Origin: a virus
Taxonomy: Duplodnaviria; Caudoviricetes
Virus record (IMG/VR): IMGVR_UViG_3300048670_001593
Location: 14,718-78,717 of that record
Reading direction: 5' to 3' (one strand)
DNA: 64,000 nt
Below the pieces are notes generated by a model that did no database searches, had not been told where the DNA came from, and worked only from the letters and a program-made list of their open reading frames with translations. A program made the translations under genes and the position numbers. Shown here piece by piece: positions 9,272-18,419 of the stretch; within the stretch, counting starts at the first letter, position 1, and each line of letters opens with the position of its first letter.

Positions 9272-10903
9272 TTGACCTTTGATCGCGATAACTTAACCGC
9301 AAAACAAAAGGATTATGCTATATTTTTGCCTGCTCTGAGCGGCTTCTATGCTACATATGTGGGCAAGCAGCGTCACGATTCCAATTTTGTACCGCAGAGC
9401 CGTATACCAGCGGATTTTGAAAATGGCATCGAAGGACTCAACTGGCTCAATCCTGACCAGGCGTATTTTCCCTATAAATGGGCACTGTATAGTGCAGGAC
9501 ACGCTGATCTGGACATCAATAGAGACAGCCCCAAAGAGGACATGATACGCAATCGAGATCGTTCCACAAGTTTTGTGGTGGGAGATTCCGGTGGATTTCA
9601 GATTGGCAAGGGGGTCTGGGAAGCCGACTGGAAGGACATCAACTGCCCGCGAGCACAACGCAAGCGAGAGCAGGTGTTGTCCTGGATGGACGCCTACATG
9701 GATCGAGGCATGGTACTGGACATTCCAGCCTGGACCTGTGATTATCCTCCAGGACGTCAGGCATCGGGAGTCAACAGTTATGCCGATGCAGTGACCAGTA
9801 CCTACATCAATAACGACTACTTCATGCGCAATCGCAATGGTAACTGCAAGTTCCTGAACGTACTGCAGGGGCAAACTCATGCACAGTCTGACGACTGGTA
9901 TGACCGCATGAAGAAGTACTGCGACCCCCGGCAATACGAAACTCCGTTTGAAGGCTGGGCCATGGGCGGTCAGAACAAATGTGACGTGCATCTGACTCTG
10001 CGCAGACTGGTGGCACTGAAATTTGACGGTCTTTTGGAGCGTGGACAACACGACTGGTTGCACGTGTTGGGTACCAGCAAGTTGGAATGGGCTTGCCTGA
10101 TGACAGACATCCAACGTGCAATTCGACAGCACCACAATGAAAACTTTACCATCAGTTTTGACTGTGCCAGTCCATTCCTGGCCACAGCCAACGGTCAGGT
10201 ATACATGAGAACTGAGGTGGAAGATCGCCGCAAGTGGGTATATCGCATGATGGCCAGCGCGGACGATAAAAAATATGCAGTGGATCAGCGCCGTTATGGA
10301 GACGCAGTGGTGGCTGATAAAATTTTTGAGACCTTTACTGAAAGCCCAGTGAGTGAACGTCTAAAAATCAGTGATGTCTGCATCTACAAGGATGGCATCA
10401 GAAAAACTGATCAGGAGTTGCAGGGAGAAAAGTTCAACTTCCAGAATCCCGATCACTATCACGTGGTCCCAGATCTCAATAAGATTGGAAAAATCGGCCG
10501 AACCAGTTGGGACAGCTTTAGTTATGCTCTGCAAATGGGTCACAATGTCTGGAGTCATATCAATGCTGTTCAGGAAGCCAATCGTCGTTACGATTCGGGC
10601 ATCGTTCCCCGAATGCTGGTCAGAGAAAAGTTCGATCGCATCACATTCCGTCAGGTAGTGGATGAGATTTTTTCCACCAGCGATCGAGTTCGTGCTGAAG
10701 CACTGGTTGACGAGCACAGTAAATTCTGGATGGACATTCCTGGTTCCAATGGCACCACCGGCAAGAAAACCATAAATTCCATAACCGCTTACCAGAGTTT
10801 GTTTGAGGAAGTGGGTGCACCTGCTGAAACCTGCGTGGACTTTCATCGTGATGACAGCGGCATCGATGAAGGTAAACTTGACGATCTGGAAATGTCCATT
10901 TGA
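9272..10903 (+). CDS. dpdA: TGT-fold guanine transglycosylase, DpdA-like (7-deazaguanine insertion into DNA)
   Basis: GDSGGFQ, MVLDIP, GWAMGG, HVLG, SFDCASP match TGT motifs; no CxCxxC Zn site; folE, queD and queE are in the window; TTG start after GAGGA. Confidence 0.8.
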   Translation: MTFDRDNLTAKQKDYAIFLPALSGFYATYVGKQRHDSNFVPQSRIPADFENGIEGLNWLNPDQAYFPYKWALYSAGHADLDINRDSPKEDMIRNRDRSTSFVVGDSGGFQIGKGVWEADWKDINCPRAQRKREQVLSWMDAYMDRGMVLDIPAWTCDYPPGRQASGVNSYADAVTSTYINNDYFMRNRNGNCKFLNVLQGQTHAQSDDWYDRMKKYCDPRQYETPFEGWAMGGQNKCDVHLTLRRLVALKFDGLLERGQHDWLHVLGTSKLEWACLMTDIQRAIRQHHNENFTISFDCASPFLATANGQVYMRTEVEDRRKWVYRMMASADDKKYAVDQRRYGDAVVADKIFETFTESPVSERLKISDVCIYKDGIRKTDQELQGEKFNFQNPDHYHVVPDLNKIGKIGRTSWDSFSYALQMGHNVWSHINAVQEANRRYDSGIVPRMLVREKFDRITFRQVVDEIFSTSDRVRAEALVDEHSKFWMDIPGSNGTTGKKTINSITAYQSLFEEVGAPAETCVDFHRDDSGIDEGKLDDLEMSI

Positions 10904-10928
10904 CATCTGGGAAAATTTCAATTATTAT
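10900..10928 (+). promoter_or_regulatory. sigma70-type promoter overlapping the dpdA stop codon
   Basis: TTGACA-N17-TATTAT. Confidence 0.7.
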
Positions 10929-10948
10929 AAAACTCAACAGGAGGAAAT

Positions 10949-11539
10949 ATGAAAACTGCGCCGCTGATAAAAATTACTAAAATCAAAGCAAATCTTGTAG
11001 GAAAACAAGTTCCCACAACTCACAATGGTGCTGCCGGTAGATATATTGAAGATTTGATGATGGAACAGGGATTTAAGATAAATCAAGGTGCTGGGCCAGA
11101 TCTAGACTTTGGACCAGGAAACCAGATTGAAATGAAAAGTCGAGATGAAGACGCAACTAGCCCACACACTGTGTGTAATGTTTCATTTCAGGAAATTCTG
11201 AATTCTTCATATGAAAATTCGCCTGTCTATAAAAAAATCCAGAAGCAATTTAGAGTTAAGATTAAAGATGAAGTGATTGTCAGCCAACAGACCTATGATC
11301 TTAGTTCAGATTGGATACAAGATTTAATCAAGGATGCCTGGACAGCCTGTCAGAAAAATGCAATTGCAGGACTAACAACTAAATGCACAATTCCAGGAAC
11401 CCAATTTGGTTATATTGAAATTATACACAATGAGCAGACCAATAGTACAATTTACAGATTCAGACTATCTAACGGCGCAATGAAAAAAATTGAAAGTATT
11501 AGTAATTCCACTGTTAATGATCTTTTTGATTTGGTGTAA
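10949..11539 (+). CDS. PD-(D/E)xK nuclease, MutH/Sau3AI/MvaI-BcnI restriction-endonuclease-like
   Basis: GAAGRYIEDL...N...GPD...IEMKS matches the GxxGxxxE...PD...ExK pattern of that family. Confidence 0.65.
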   Translation: MKTAPLIKITKIKANLVGKQVPTTHNGAAGRYIEDLMMEQGFKINQGAGPDLDFGPGNQIEMKSRDEDATSPHTVCNVSFQEILNSSYENSPVYKKIQKQFRVKIKDEVIVSQQTYDLSSDWIQDLIKDAWTACQKNAIAGLTTKCTIPGTQFGYIEIIHNEQTNSTIYRFRLSNGAMKKIESISNSTVNDLFDLV

Positions 11540-11541
11540 CA

Positions 11542-11985
11542 ATGACTCTAAACGAACGCGAAACTATTGAACGTCGAAAAGATGCTGCAGAACGTAAAAT
11601 TTTTGTGCAGTTTCAAAAAGAAGGCATACATTGTTATCCTGCAGCAGCTACCGACCCTCAACTAAACACCGGAGACACCTATGATGTATCGTTCCTTGCT
11701 AGTCCTCATCGCCACATTTTCCATTTCAGGGTGTCAATCAGTGTGTGGCACAACGACAGGGACATCGAGTTCATCCAATTCAAACGCTGGCTCGAATCGC
11801 TGTATAGTGGCCAGATTCTAGAGCTCAATTATCGTAGTTGTGAAATGATGGCAGACGATTTGTATCTACAAATTGCCTTAAAGTATCCCGATCGCGATGT
11901 TCACATCGAAGTCAGTGAAGATGGCGAGAATGGGTGTTCAATTGAGTACAATCGTACTCGTCCTTATCAATCTGTTGTAGTTTAA
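11542..11985 (+). CDS. dpdL: QueD-like T-fold protein, DpdL-like (predicted 7-carboxy-7-deazaguanine decarboxylase)
   Basis: LASPHRHIF fits LxxxHRHxF (the QueD CxxxHGH site replaced); SCEMMA and VSEDGENG match T-fold C-terminal motifs; the DpdL motif is recalled from the literature and not checked. Confidence 0.65.
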   Translation: MTLNERETIERRKDAAERKIFVQFQKEGIHCYPAAATDPQLNTGDTYDVSFLASPHRHIFHFRVSISVWHNDRDIEFIQFKRWLESLYSGQILELNYRSCEMMADDLYLQIALKYPDRDVHIEVSEDGENGCSIEYNRTRPYQSVVV

Positions 11986-11998
11986 AGGAGTTGTAACT

Positions 11999-12190
11999 GT
12001 GTCAAAGCTCAGTAAGTTTATCAAGGTTTCAGACAATTTCACCATCAATCGTTATGACAATGGCTTTATGTTGGAAGTTTACGGTTGTGACAGCAATGAT
12101 GACTGGCACACTGCCAAGATTATCTGCACAACTGAAGCAGAATTGCTGGCACTAATCCAGCAAGTTAACTCAATCAATCTTGATGCATAA
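11999..12190 (+). CDS. Hypothetical protein
   Basis: GTG start after AAGGAG, 63 aa. Confidence 0.6.
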   Translation: MSKLSKFIKVSDNFTINRYDNGFMLEVYGCDSNDDWHTAKIICTTEAELLALIQQVNSINLDA

Positions 12191-12202
12191 GGAGTTCTAA
12201 AA

Positions 12203-12424
12203 ATGTCTAATCCCGTGTGGCTCAACAAGTACCTGACCATGAAGCCCGAAGTTCGTCAAATTTTTAACGATCTGGAAGCCTGGCTCAACTATTGCCGTTT
12301 TAATCTCATCAAGTATGATCCGGCTGATCTATACAAGAGCCCAGAATATCGTGCCTGGCAAGAGAAACGCCAGCGCAAGCAACAACAGCGACAAAATCGT
12401 GAGTATCGCCCCCGCACCAACTAA
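12203..12424 (+). CDS. Hypothetical protein
   Basis: ATG after TAAGGAG, 73 aa. Confidence 0.65.
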   Translation: MSNPVWLNKYLTMKPEVRQIFNDLEAWLNYCRFNLIKYDPADLYKSPEYRAWQEKRQRKQQQRQNREYRPRTN

Positions 12425-12438
12425 CCATAGGAAAAATC

Positions 12439-13200
12439 ATGGATAGAATTGTCATCGTTACCGGAGGATTTGATCCTGTACATTCCGGTCACATTTCTTA
12501 TCTGAGTCATGCCAAACAACTGGGTGATTATCTGGTGGTGGGTCTGAATTCCGACGACTGGTTGACTCGCAAAAAAGGTCGCCCGTTCATGCCCTGGGAT
12601 GAGCGCATGGTTGTTCTGGGAAACCTGCACATGGTGGACGAAGTCATTGATTTTGACGACACTGACGGCACTGCTTGTGATGCTATTCGTCGAGTTCAAG
12701 CCAGGTATCCTGACAGCCATGTGATTTTTGCCAATGGTGGTGACCGTACTTCTAAAAATATTCCAGAAATGGTATTTGATGATGTGGAATTTGTATTTGG
12801 TGTTGGTGGTACAAACAAGGCAAATTCAAGTTCCTGGATTTTAGAAGAATGGAAAGCCCCCCGGACACCCAGGCCCTGGGGCTACTATCGTGTGCTGCAT
12901 GAAGATGGCAACCAGGTCAAACTCAAAGAACTCACTGTGGAACCAGGTCAGCGACTGAGTATGCAACGCCACCAGGATCGTGCCGAGCACTGGTTTGTGT
13001 CACAGGGCACAGCAACAGTGTATACTGTGAATCCACGCACCACAGACGTGGAACTCACTGGTGTATATCAGCAGTTTGATCATGTTCACATCCCACGCAC
13101 TGAGTGGCATCAGTTGTGCAATGAGCAAGATGCACCGCTTAAAATTATTGAAATTCAATATGGCGAGCGGTGTGTGGAAGAGGACATTGAACGCGTATGA
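12439..13200 (+). CDS. HIGH-family cytidylyl/nucleotidyltransferase fused to a mannose-6-phosphate-isomerase-type cupin
   Basis: TGGFDPVHSGH, VVGLNSD, FANGGDR; C-terminal RPWG...LSMQRHQDRAEHW. Confidence 0.85.
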   Translation: MDRIVIVTGGFDPVHSGHISYLSHAKQLGDYLVVGLNSDDWLTRKKGRPFMPWDERMVVLGNLHMVDEVIDFDDTDGTACDAIRRVQARYPDSHVIFANGGDRTSKNIPEMVFDDVEFVFGVGGTNKANSSSWILEEWKAPRTPRPWGYYRVLHEDGNQVKLKELTVEPGQRLSMQRHQDRAEHWFVSQGTATVYTVNPRTTDVELTGVYQQFDHVHIPRTEWHQLCNEQDAPLKIIEIQYGERCVEEDIERV

Positions 13201-14270
13201 AGACCATCTGGATTGTTCCCATCGAGCCCATTGATCAGCGATATACTGCACAGTGGTACACCAACATTCCTGAGATCTTGAAATCTCGTATTGATGCACT
13301 TGGGCTAGACGCCCACGAAATCAGAATCGTAGACGGAGTTCAACCCCAGTCTGGCACCACCACAGGTGCCTTTTTGGATTTTGCGGTTACTAACATCTAC
13401 AAGGCCAGCCAGGCTCAGCGTATTTCAGAAGCATTTAGTTCAGGAGCGGTCAAGTCTGGAGATGTGTTCCTGGTCACAGATGCCTGGAATTTTGTCATCA
13501 CCCCCATCAAATACATGAGCGACTTGCTGAATATTCCAGTGGAAATTCATGGTATCTGGCATGCCGGGGCATATGATCCCACAGACATTCTGGGGTATCA
13601 GATGCAGAAGCCCTGGCCCTGGCATGCTGAGCAAAGTTGGTTTCATGCCTGTGATTACAATTACTACGCCACTGAGTTCCATCGTTCAATGTTCTTGACG
13701 AATCTCAACATTGATTCCAAAGTTTACGGGCACAAGGCTATTCGCAGCGGACAGCCACATGACCCCTTGATTGCTGAAATTTCAGTGAACTTTGACAATG
13801 CTGAGCGCAACGGTGCAGTCATGTGGCCACATCGTTATAACAGCGACAAGCAACCAGACATTGCTGAAGATCTGGCTCAGCTGATGCCGGTGACCATTAC
13901 TCAGAAAATGTCACTGAACAAGAGTCAGTATTATCAGACCATGGCCCAGCACAGTGTAATTTTTAGTTGCGCTCTACATGAAAACCTGGGAATCAGTGTC
14001 ATGGAAGCGGTGCTCAGTGGGGTCATCCCAGTGTTGCCCGACAGATGTAGTTATGCTGAAATGTATTTGCCAGACTTCCTGTATCCCAGTGAATGGACTG
14101 CGAACTGGGAGAAATATCAGCAGCATCGAACTGAATTGGTGGCGTTTATTCAGGAACGAATTCAGAATCGAGAACAGTATCTGCCAGCACTGCGTGAACA
14201 ACGAGAAATTCTAGTCAGAGACTATCTCAATGCCACAGTTATGATTGATAAAATTCTAAAAAATCAATGA
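13197..14270 (+). CDS. GT-B-type glycosyltransferase
   Basis: C-terminal FSCALHENLGISVMEAVLSGVIPVLPDRCSYAE resembles the GT4 ExFGxxxxEA motif. Confidence 0.7.
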   Translation: MKTIWIVPIEPIDQRYTAQWYTNIPEILKSRIDALGLDAHEIRIVDGVQPQSGTTTGAFLDFAVTNIYKASQAQRISEAFSSGAVKSGDVFLVTDAWNFVITPIKYMSDLLNIPVEIHGIWHAGAYDPTDILGYQMQKPWPWHAEQSWFHACDYNYYATEFHRSMFLTNLNIDSKVYGHKAIRSGQPHDPLIAEISVNFDNAERNGAVMWPHRYNSDKQPDIAEDLAQLMPVTITQKMSLNKSQYYQTMAQHSVIFSCALHENLGISVMEAVLSGVIPVLPDRCSYAEMYLPDFLYPSEWTANWEKYQQHRTELVAFIQERIQNREQYLPALREQREILVRDYLNATVMIDKILKNQ

Positions 14271-15118
14271 GTTATTTTAATTTATTAGATCAAATACATA
14301 ACAATCTTTCATCTCCGAAAAGATCATGGTATTATGAATCGTTAACCAACAAAGACACTCTGTTGATCACAGCGGGAGATAGCTGGACCTGGGGTGATAG
14401 TCTTCTTGACATTGATGTCGAAGCTGGTAAGTATGACCATCCCGACAGAGTCAACAAAATATATGGTGCATTGCTGGCAAAAAAACTAGATGCTGATTTT
14501 ATTAATCTTGCCAAATGCGGTGGTGCGAATATAGAGTTCTGTGATTGGGTAAAAACTCTTTTACCAATAGTCAAGACAAAATATAAAAAAATTATTGTAG
14601 CAATTAGTCTGACTGAGAACTGCCGAGAATCATATGGGGATAGAATCTGGGTCCCTGAAGAACAACCCAGTCTTGAAGAATATTTGTGTGAATACGAAAA
14701 AAATATGTTTGAAAATCTTGCTCTGACCTGCAAGCAACATAGTTCAGTTCACTTTGTAATTTCTAGAAACTTTACCTACAGCTTTGATAGTAATATTTTG
14801 CTACTTAAAAATTACTTAACTGAAAAGATTTGGGTTGATTGTTTAGCTGAATATCAAAACAATCAAAATTATCCCACAGATGTCAGGTTCCTTTCTGACA
14901 TTGCACTAGTACCATTGCACAAACTACTCAAAGAAATTAAACTTTATAACAAGTATAAATTTCAATTTATGAGTTTATATGCCAGCAGTGAATTGGCAAT
15001 CTCATGGTTAGAAAAAAGCAAGTTAAATTACAAAAAAGCCACAAAACATCCAAACGAACTCGGGCATGAGATTTGGGCAGATTATCTGTACAATATAATT
15101 GTTGCCCGTTTACATTGA
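14267..15118 (+). CDS. SGNH/GDSL-like hydrolase or acyltransferase
   Basis: TAGDSWTWGD, INLAKCGGAN, HPNELGHEIWA. Confidence 0.7.
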   Translation: MSYFNLLDQIHNNLSSPKRSWYYESLTNKDTLLITAGDSWTWGDSLLDIDVEAGKYDHPDRVNKIYGALLAKKLDADFINLAKCGGANIEFCDWVKTLLPIVKTKYKKIIVAISLTENCRESYGDRIWVPEEQPSLEEYLCEYEKNMFENLALTCKQHSSVHFVISRNFTYSFDSNILLLKNYLTEKIWVDCLAEYQNNQNYPTDVRFLSDIALVPLHKLLKEIKLYNKYKFQFMSLYASSELAISWLEKSKLNYKKATKHPNELGHEIWADYLYNIIVARLH

Positions 15119-15143
15119 CTTAATATTATGATACTTTTATAAT
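15115..15143 (+). promoter_or_regulatory. sigma70-type promoter
   Basis: TTGACT-N17-TATAAT. Confidence 0.8.
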
Positions 15144-15220
15144 AAACTTAAAGAAAACAGCCACAAGATTAAAAATGAAGAAACCCCAGCTGACCAATCC
15201 ACCACCCAACAAATAAGGCA

Positions 15221-15808
15221 ATGAGTAATCCCTTCGATACAATTTCAGAATTTGAGCAGGCACTGGCAGAGTATACTGGTGCCCCGTATGCCATCGCAAC
15301 TGATTGTTGCACTCATGCACTGGAACTGTGTCTGCGCTATCAGAAGCCTGAATTTGTGCATTTTACTGCGTTCACCTATCTGAGTGTGCCCATGACCATG
15401 CACAAACTGGGCATTGGGTTCAGTTATCTGGATGAAACCTGGCTGGGGGAATATCAGATACACGGCACCACCGTCTGGGATAGTGCCAGACGACTGGAAT
15501 CCGGCATGTATCGACCTGGTCAGATGCAATGTCTGAGTTTTGGTCGTGACAAGCCCCTGGAAATTGGTCGTGGTGGTGCCATATTATTAGACGACCCCCT
15601 GGCTTATGAAATCATGCGCAGGCAGAGATACGATGGCAGAATGCTGGAAATCACCCCCTGGGAAAATCAGAGAATATTCCATGTTGGTTATCATTATCGA
15701 ATGAACCCCGAAGAAGCACGGATAGGTCTGGAAAAACTCCAGTCATTTGAACCCAACACCAGAATTAAAAAATATCCAGATCTGCGAAAAATTATTATTA
15801 GCAGTTAA
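15221..15808 (+). CDS. Short DegT/DnrJ/EryC1/StrS-like PLP aminotransferase
   Basis: FEQALAEYTGAPYAIATDCCTHALEL, WDSA, CLSFGRDKPLEIGRGGAIL; only 195 aa. Confidence 0.7.
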   Translation: MSNPFDTISEFEQALAEYTGAPYAIATDCCTHALELCLRYQKPEFVHFTAFTYLSVPMTMHKLGIGFSYLDETWLGEYQIHGTTVWDSARRLESGMYRPGQMQCLSFGRDKPLEIGRGGAILLDDPLAYEIMRRQRYDGRMLEITPWENQRIFHVGYHYRMNPEEARIGLEKLQSFEPNTRIKKYPDLRKIIISS

Positions 15809-15866
15809 TGAAAAAGCTAAATATGTTGAGTATTCCGACTGTAGGAAAATTCAGATTGTCAATTAA
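15783..15866 (+). pseudogene. Orphan C-terminal fragment resembling the end of the upstream DegT-like gene
   Basis: An alternate frame reads EKLLLAVNEKAKYVEYSDCRKIQIVN*, versus the gene end EKLQSFEPNTRIKKYPDLRKIIISS*. Confidence 0.35.
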
Positions 15867-16110
15867 AACGTTAGTCGGAAGAATTTTTCGCTTGAAAAAA
15901 TGCACAATTTGGTAAGTGTCTCTAATGTGATTCCCATAACATTTTTGTAACCACTGTCAAAGCATATAGATTTTGATGGAGCATTTTTAGATTTTAACTA
16001 TATTTTGGAAAACACACCTTAGAGCAACTAATTATTAGATTAGTGCTGCACAGCAAGAGTAAGTAGATAAAAGAGATAACAGATAAAGTTAAAAAAAATC
16101 TAAAATAAAA

Positions 16111-17019
16111 ATGCCAACTAATAATATAAAACCTCCTCTTGTATTTGGTGGTGCTGGTGCCATAATCGATCCCGAAATAAAACAACAAATACATGATATC
16201 ATTTGTAGTGCACCAAGTCAGGATTGGTTGGACGATTTGTCAATACATAAAATTTTTCTTGATCAGTATACCAAATGGATACTAGGTACTAGAAAAAATG
16301 TTATTCGAGGATTGGATCAGTATACGGTTAAAGCCTTTAGTCAAGGCACCACTGAATCCTTTGACAAATTTTATCTCAAACATCATCGTCGCAGATTTAG
16401 ATGTTTTCGAGGTGAATACATGTATCATACAGCCACTTGGAAAAATATTTTTTCAATGCAATGGAAACACATCGAAGACGACCCCATAGACAAAAATGAT
16501 GCGGTTGTTATTAGTTTACCATTCAGCGATACCGGAGATTGCCACAATGATATGAAGCGTGTGCTTGAGCAGTGCTGTGAGCTTGATGTCCCCGTACTAA
16601 TTGATTGTGCGTTTTTTGGAATATGTCAGAACCTAGAATTTGACTTTACTTGGCCTTGTATTACAGATATCACATTTAGTTTGAGTAAAACCTTGCCAGT
16701 TGCCCATGCCAGAATTGGCATGAGAGTGAGCCGGGTTGATGACGATGACAGTTTATTGGTTCATCAAAAAATTGGCTATATCAATAGATTGGCGTGTGGG
16801 CTAGGTATAGAACTATTGAATCGATGGGGTCCGGACTACAACTGTGAAAAATGGACAAATGTACAACATCAGTTTTGTAAACGGTTAAATATAATGCCCA
16901 GCAAGAGTGTGGTATTTGGATTGGGTGGAGATGACTTCAGTAAATACAATCGAGGCGGTGCTACCAATCGCCTGTGTTTTTCAAAGTATCTATATTCCGG
17001 AACCCTGCCCCATGATTGA
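16111..17019 (+). CDS. PLP-dependent transferase (fold-type I-like)
   Basis: VLIDCAF and FSLSKT..ARIG resemble the PLP-binding Asp and Schiff-base Lys segments. Confidence 0.55.
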   Translation: MPTNNIKPPLVFGGAGAIIDPEIKQQIHDIICSAPSQDWLDDLSIHKIFLDQYTKWILGTRKNVIRGLDQYTVKAFSQGTTESFDKFYLKHHRRRFRCFRGEYMYHTATWKNIFSMQWKHIEDDPIDKNDAVVISLPFSDTGDCHNDMKRVLEQCCELDVPVLIDCAFFGICQNLEFDFTWPCITDITFSLSKTLPVAHARIGMRVSRVDDDDSLLVHQKIGYINRLACGLGIELLNRWGPDYNCEKWTNVQHQFCKRLNIMPSKSVVFGLGGDDFSKYNRGGATNRLCFSKYLYSGTLPHD

Positions 17020-17740
17020 CATTGATTTAATAACTAGTAAGTACGATCCAAAAAACTATGCCATAGATTACAGTCACGGCACACCTGTGCCTTGGTTGAC
17101 GTTTGATGACTTCTTGCCTCAAGAACTACTACAAAGTGTACAAGAAGAAATAGAAACTGTGCCAGAACACCTTTGGAGTAAGTTTACTCGCAATGGTAGT
17201 TTCATGCGTGAATGCAATAATCTTAAATTTTCTCCACGCATAAGAGAATTGGTATTAAATCTCAACAGCAGTGAGTTTCTAAATTGGCTGGAAAATATCA
17301 CAGGACTTAAAAAAATCATAGCTGATCCACATTTGATTGGTGCTGGACTTATGCGTTGTGGATCAGGCGACAGTCTCAAGCTACACACAGACTTTAATTG
17401 GAACGAACAATTGGGCCTCAATCGATGTCTTAGCCTGATTCTTTATATTGGAAAAACATGGCAATCTGAATGGGGCGGTGGATTGGAATTTTGGGACTTC
17501 GAAAGAAAAAATCGATTACATACTATTGAACCCAAGCCCAATCGGCTGTTGGTCTGGAACTATCATGAACACCTGGTTCACGGTCATCCTACTCCATTGT
17601 CTTGTCCTAATAATGTTAGTCGAGACGGTATTAGACTGTTTTATTTTACTAGTAATGCCACTCCACTATCTCCGCCACATCGTAGTTTGTATTGGTTTGA
17701 TAATGAAGTGGGTGCGTATGATCGAAAGGAAAATCAATGA
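17012..17740 (+). CDS. 2OG-Fe(II) oxygenase (prolyl-4-hydroxylase-like)
   Basis: LHTD (HxD), WGGGLEFW, distal HGH, terminal R; start at ATG 17012. Confidence 0.85.
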   Translation: MIDIDLITSKYDPKNYAIDYSHGTPVPWLTFDDFLPQELLQSVQEEIETVPEHLWSKFTRNGSFMRECNNLKFSPRIRELVLNLNSSEFLNWLENITGLKKIIADPHLIGAGLMRCGSGDSLKLHTDFNWNEQLGLNRCLSLILYIGKTWQSEWGGGLEFWDFERKNRLHTIEPKPNRLLVWNYHEHLVHGHPTPLSCPNNVSRDGIRLFYFTSNATPLSPPHRSLYWFDNEVGAYDRKENQ

Positions 17741-18405
17741 AGCTTTGGGTATTTGGGCACAGTTTGTGCTTGCCATTTGGGTTAGATAATAATGCACAAG
17801 GGTGGGGCGATTTGCTTGCTCAAGATCTTGGTGCTGAATTAAACAATCTTGCACGACCCGGTGTAGATAATTTTTACATCTATTATAGCTATCAACAGGT
17901 TCTTAAAGATATTGACAAGGAAGACTATGTAGTAATCGGGTGGAGTCATTATAGCCGTAAATTGTTTGTGGTTGATAATGATAATCCTGACCACATGAAT
18001 GTTGTTGAAAAAAGTTTAACTTATGATACTCCACACGCTCAATTTATGCGTAACGGCAATGCAGTAACTGGCGACTCAACAAAATGGTTAACTATGCGCC
18101 CACAGAATCGCGGAGTACCGTTTTATGATATATGGTATCAAAATTATTATAGTGAACTTGAGCAAAAGGTTAATTTTCAAAGCTATTTGGATAGTGTCAA
18201 ACTTACATGTCCAGGGCAATACTTGCCATTTTATTTTAGCAACGAAACAGTGTCAGGCGTAGATATTGATACAAGGCATGCTGGATGTGTAACAGAATTT
18301 ATTATTGAAAATAACTTATCAATATCTAAAAAAGATTTTCATTTCAGTCATGACGGTCATAGAATCTGGGCAAATTATCTAAAAAATTATTTGACATTAT
18401 CCTAA
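17737..18405 (+). CDS. SGNH/GDSL-like protein
   Basis: VFGHS, NLARPGVDN, VIGWSH..R, FHFSHDGHRIWA. Confidence 0.6.
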   Translation: MKLWVFGHSLCLPFGLDNNAQGWGDLLAQDLGAELNNLARPGVDNFYIYYSYQQVLKDIDKEDYVVIGWSHYSRKLFVVDNDNPDHMNVVEKSLTYDTPHAQFMRNGNAVTGDSTKWLTMRPQNRGVPFYDIWYQNYYSELEQKVNFQSYLDSVKLTCPGQYLPFYFSNETVSGVDIDTRHAGCVTEFIIENNLSISKKDFHFSHDGHRIWANYLKNYLTLS

Positions 18406-18419
18406 ATAATTGTTATACT
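18391..18419 (+). promoter_or_regulatory. sigma70-type promoter with embedded CTAAATA, upstream of folE
   Basis: TTGACA-N17-TATACT. Confidence 0.8.

Noticed and set aside
9272-10903. Canonical tRNA-guanine transglycosylase (tgt) for host tRNA queuosine
   Set aside because: No CxCxxC Zn site, divergent pocket, phage replication context and DpdL neighbour favour a DNA-acting enzyme; not formally excluded
12439-13200. GDP-mannose pyrophosphorylase (ManC)
   Set aside because: Only the cupin half matches; the N-terminal domain is HIGH-type, not the GT-A-like pyrophosphorylase
15808-15915. 35-aa ORF MKKLNMLS... after the short DegT gene
   Set aside because: No RBS, and the other frame over the same DNA is better explained as a DegT C-terminal remnant
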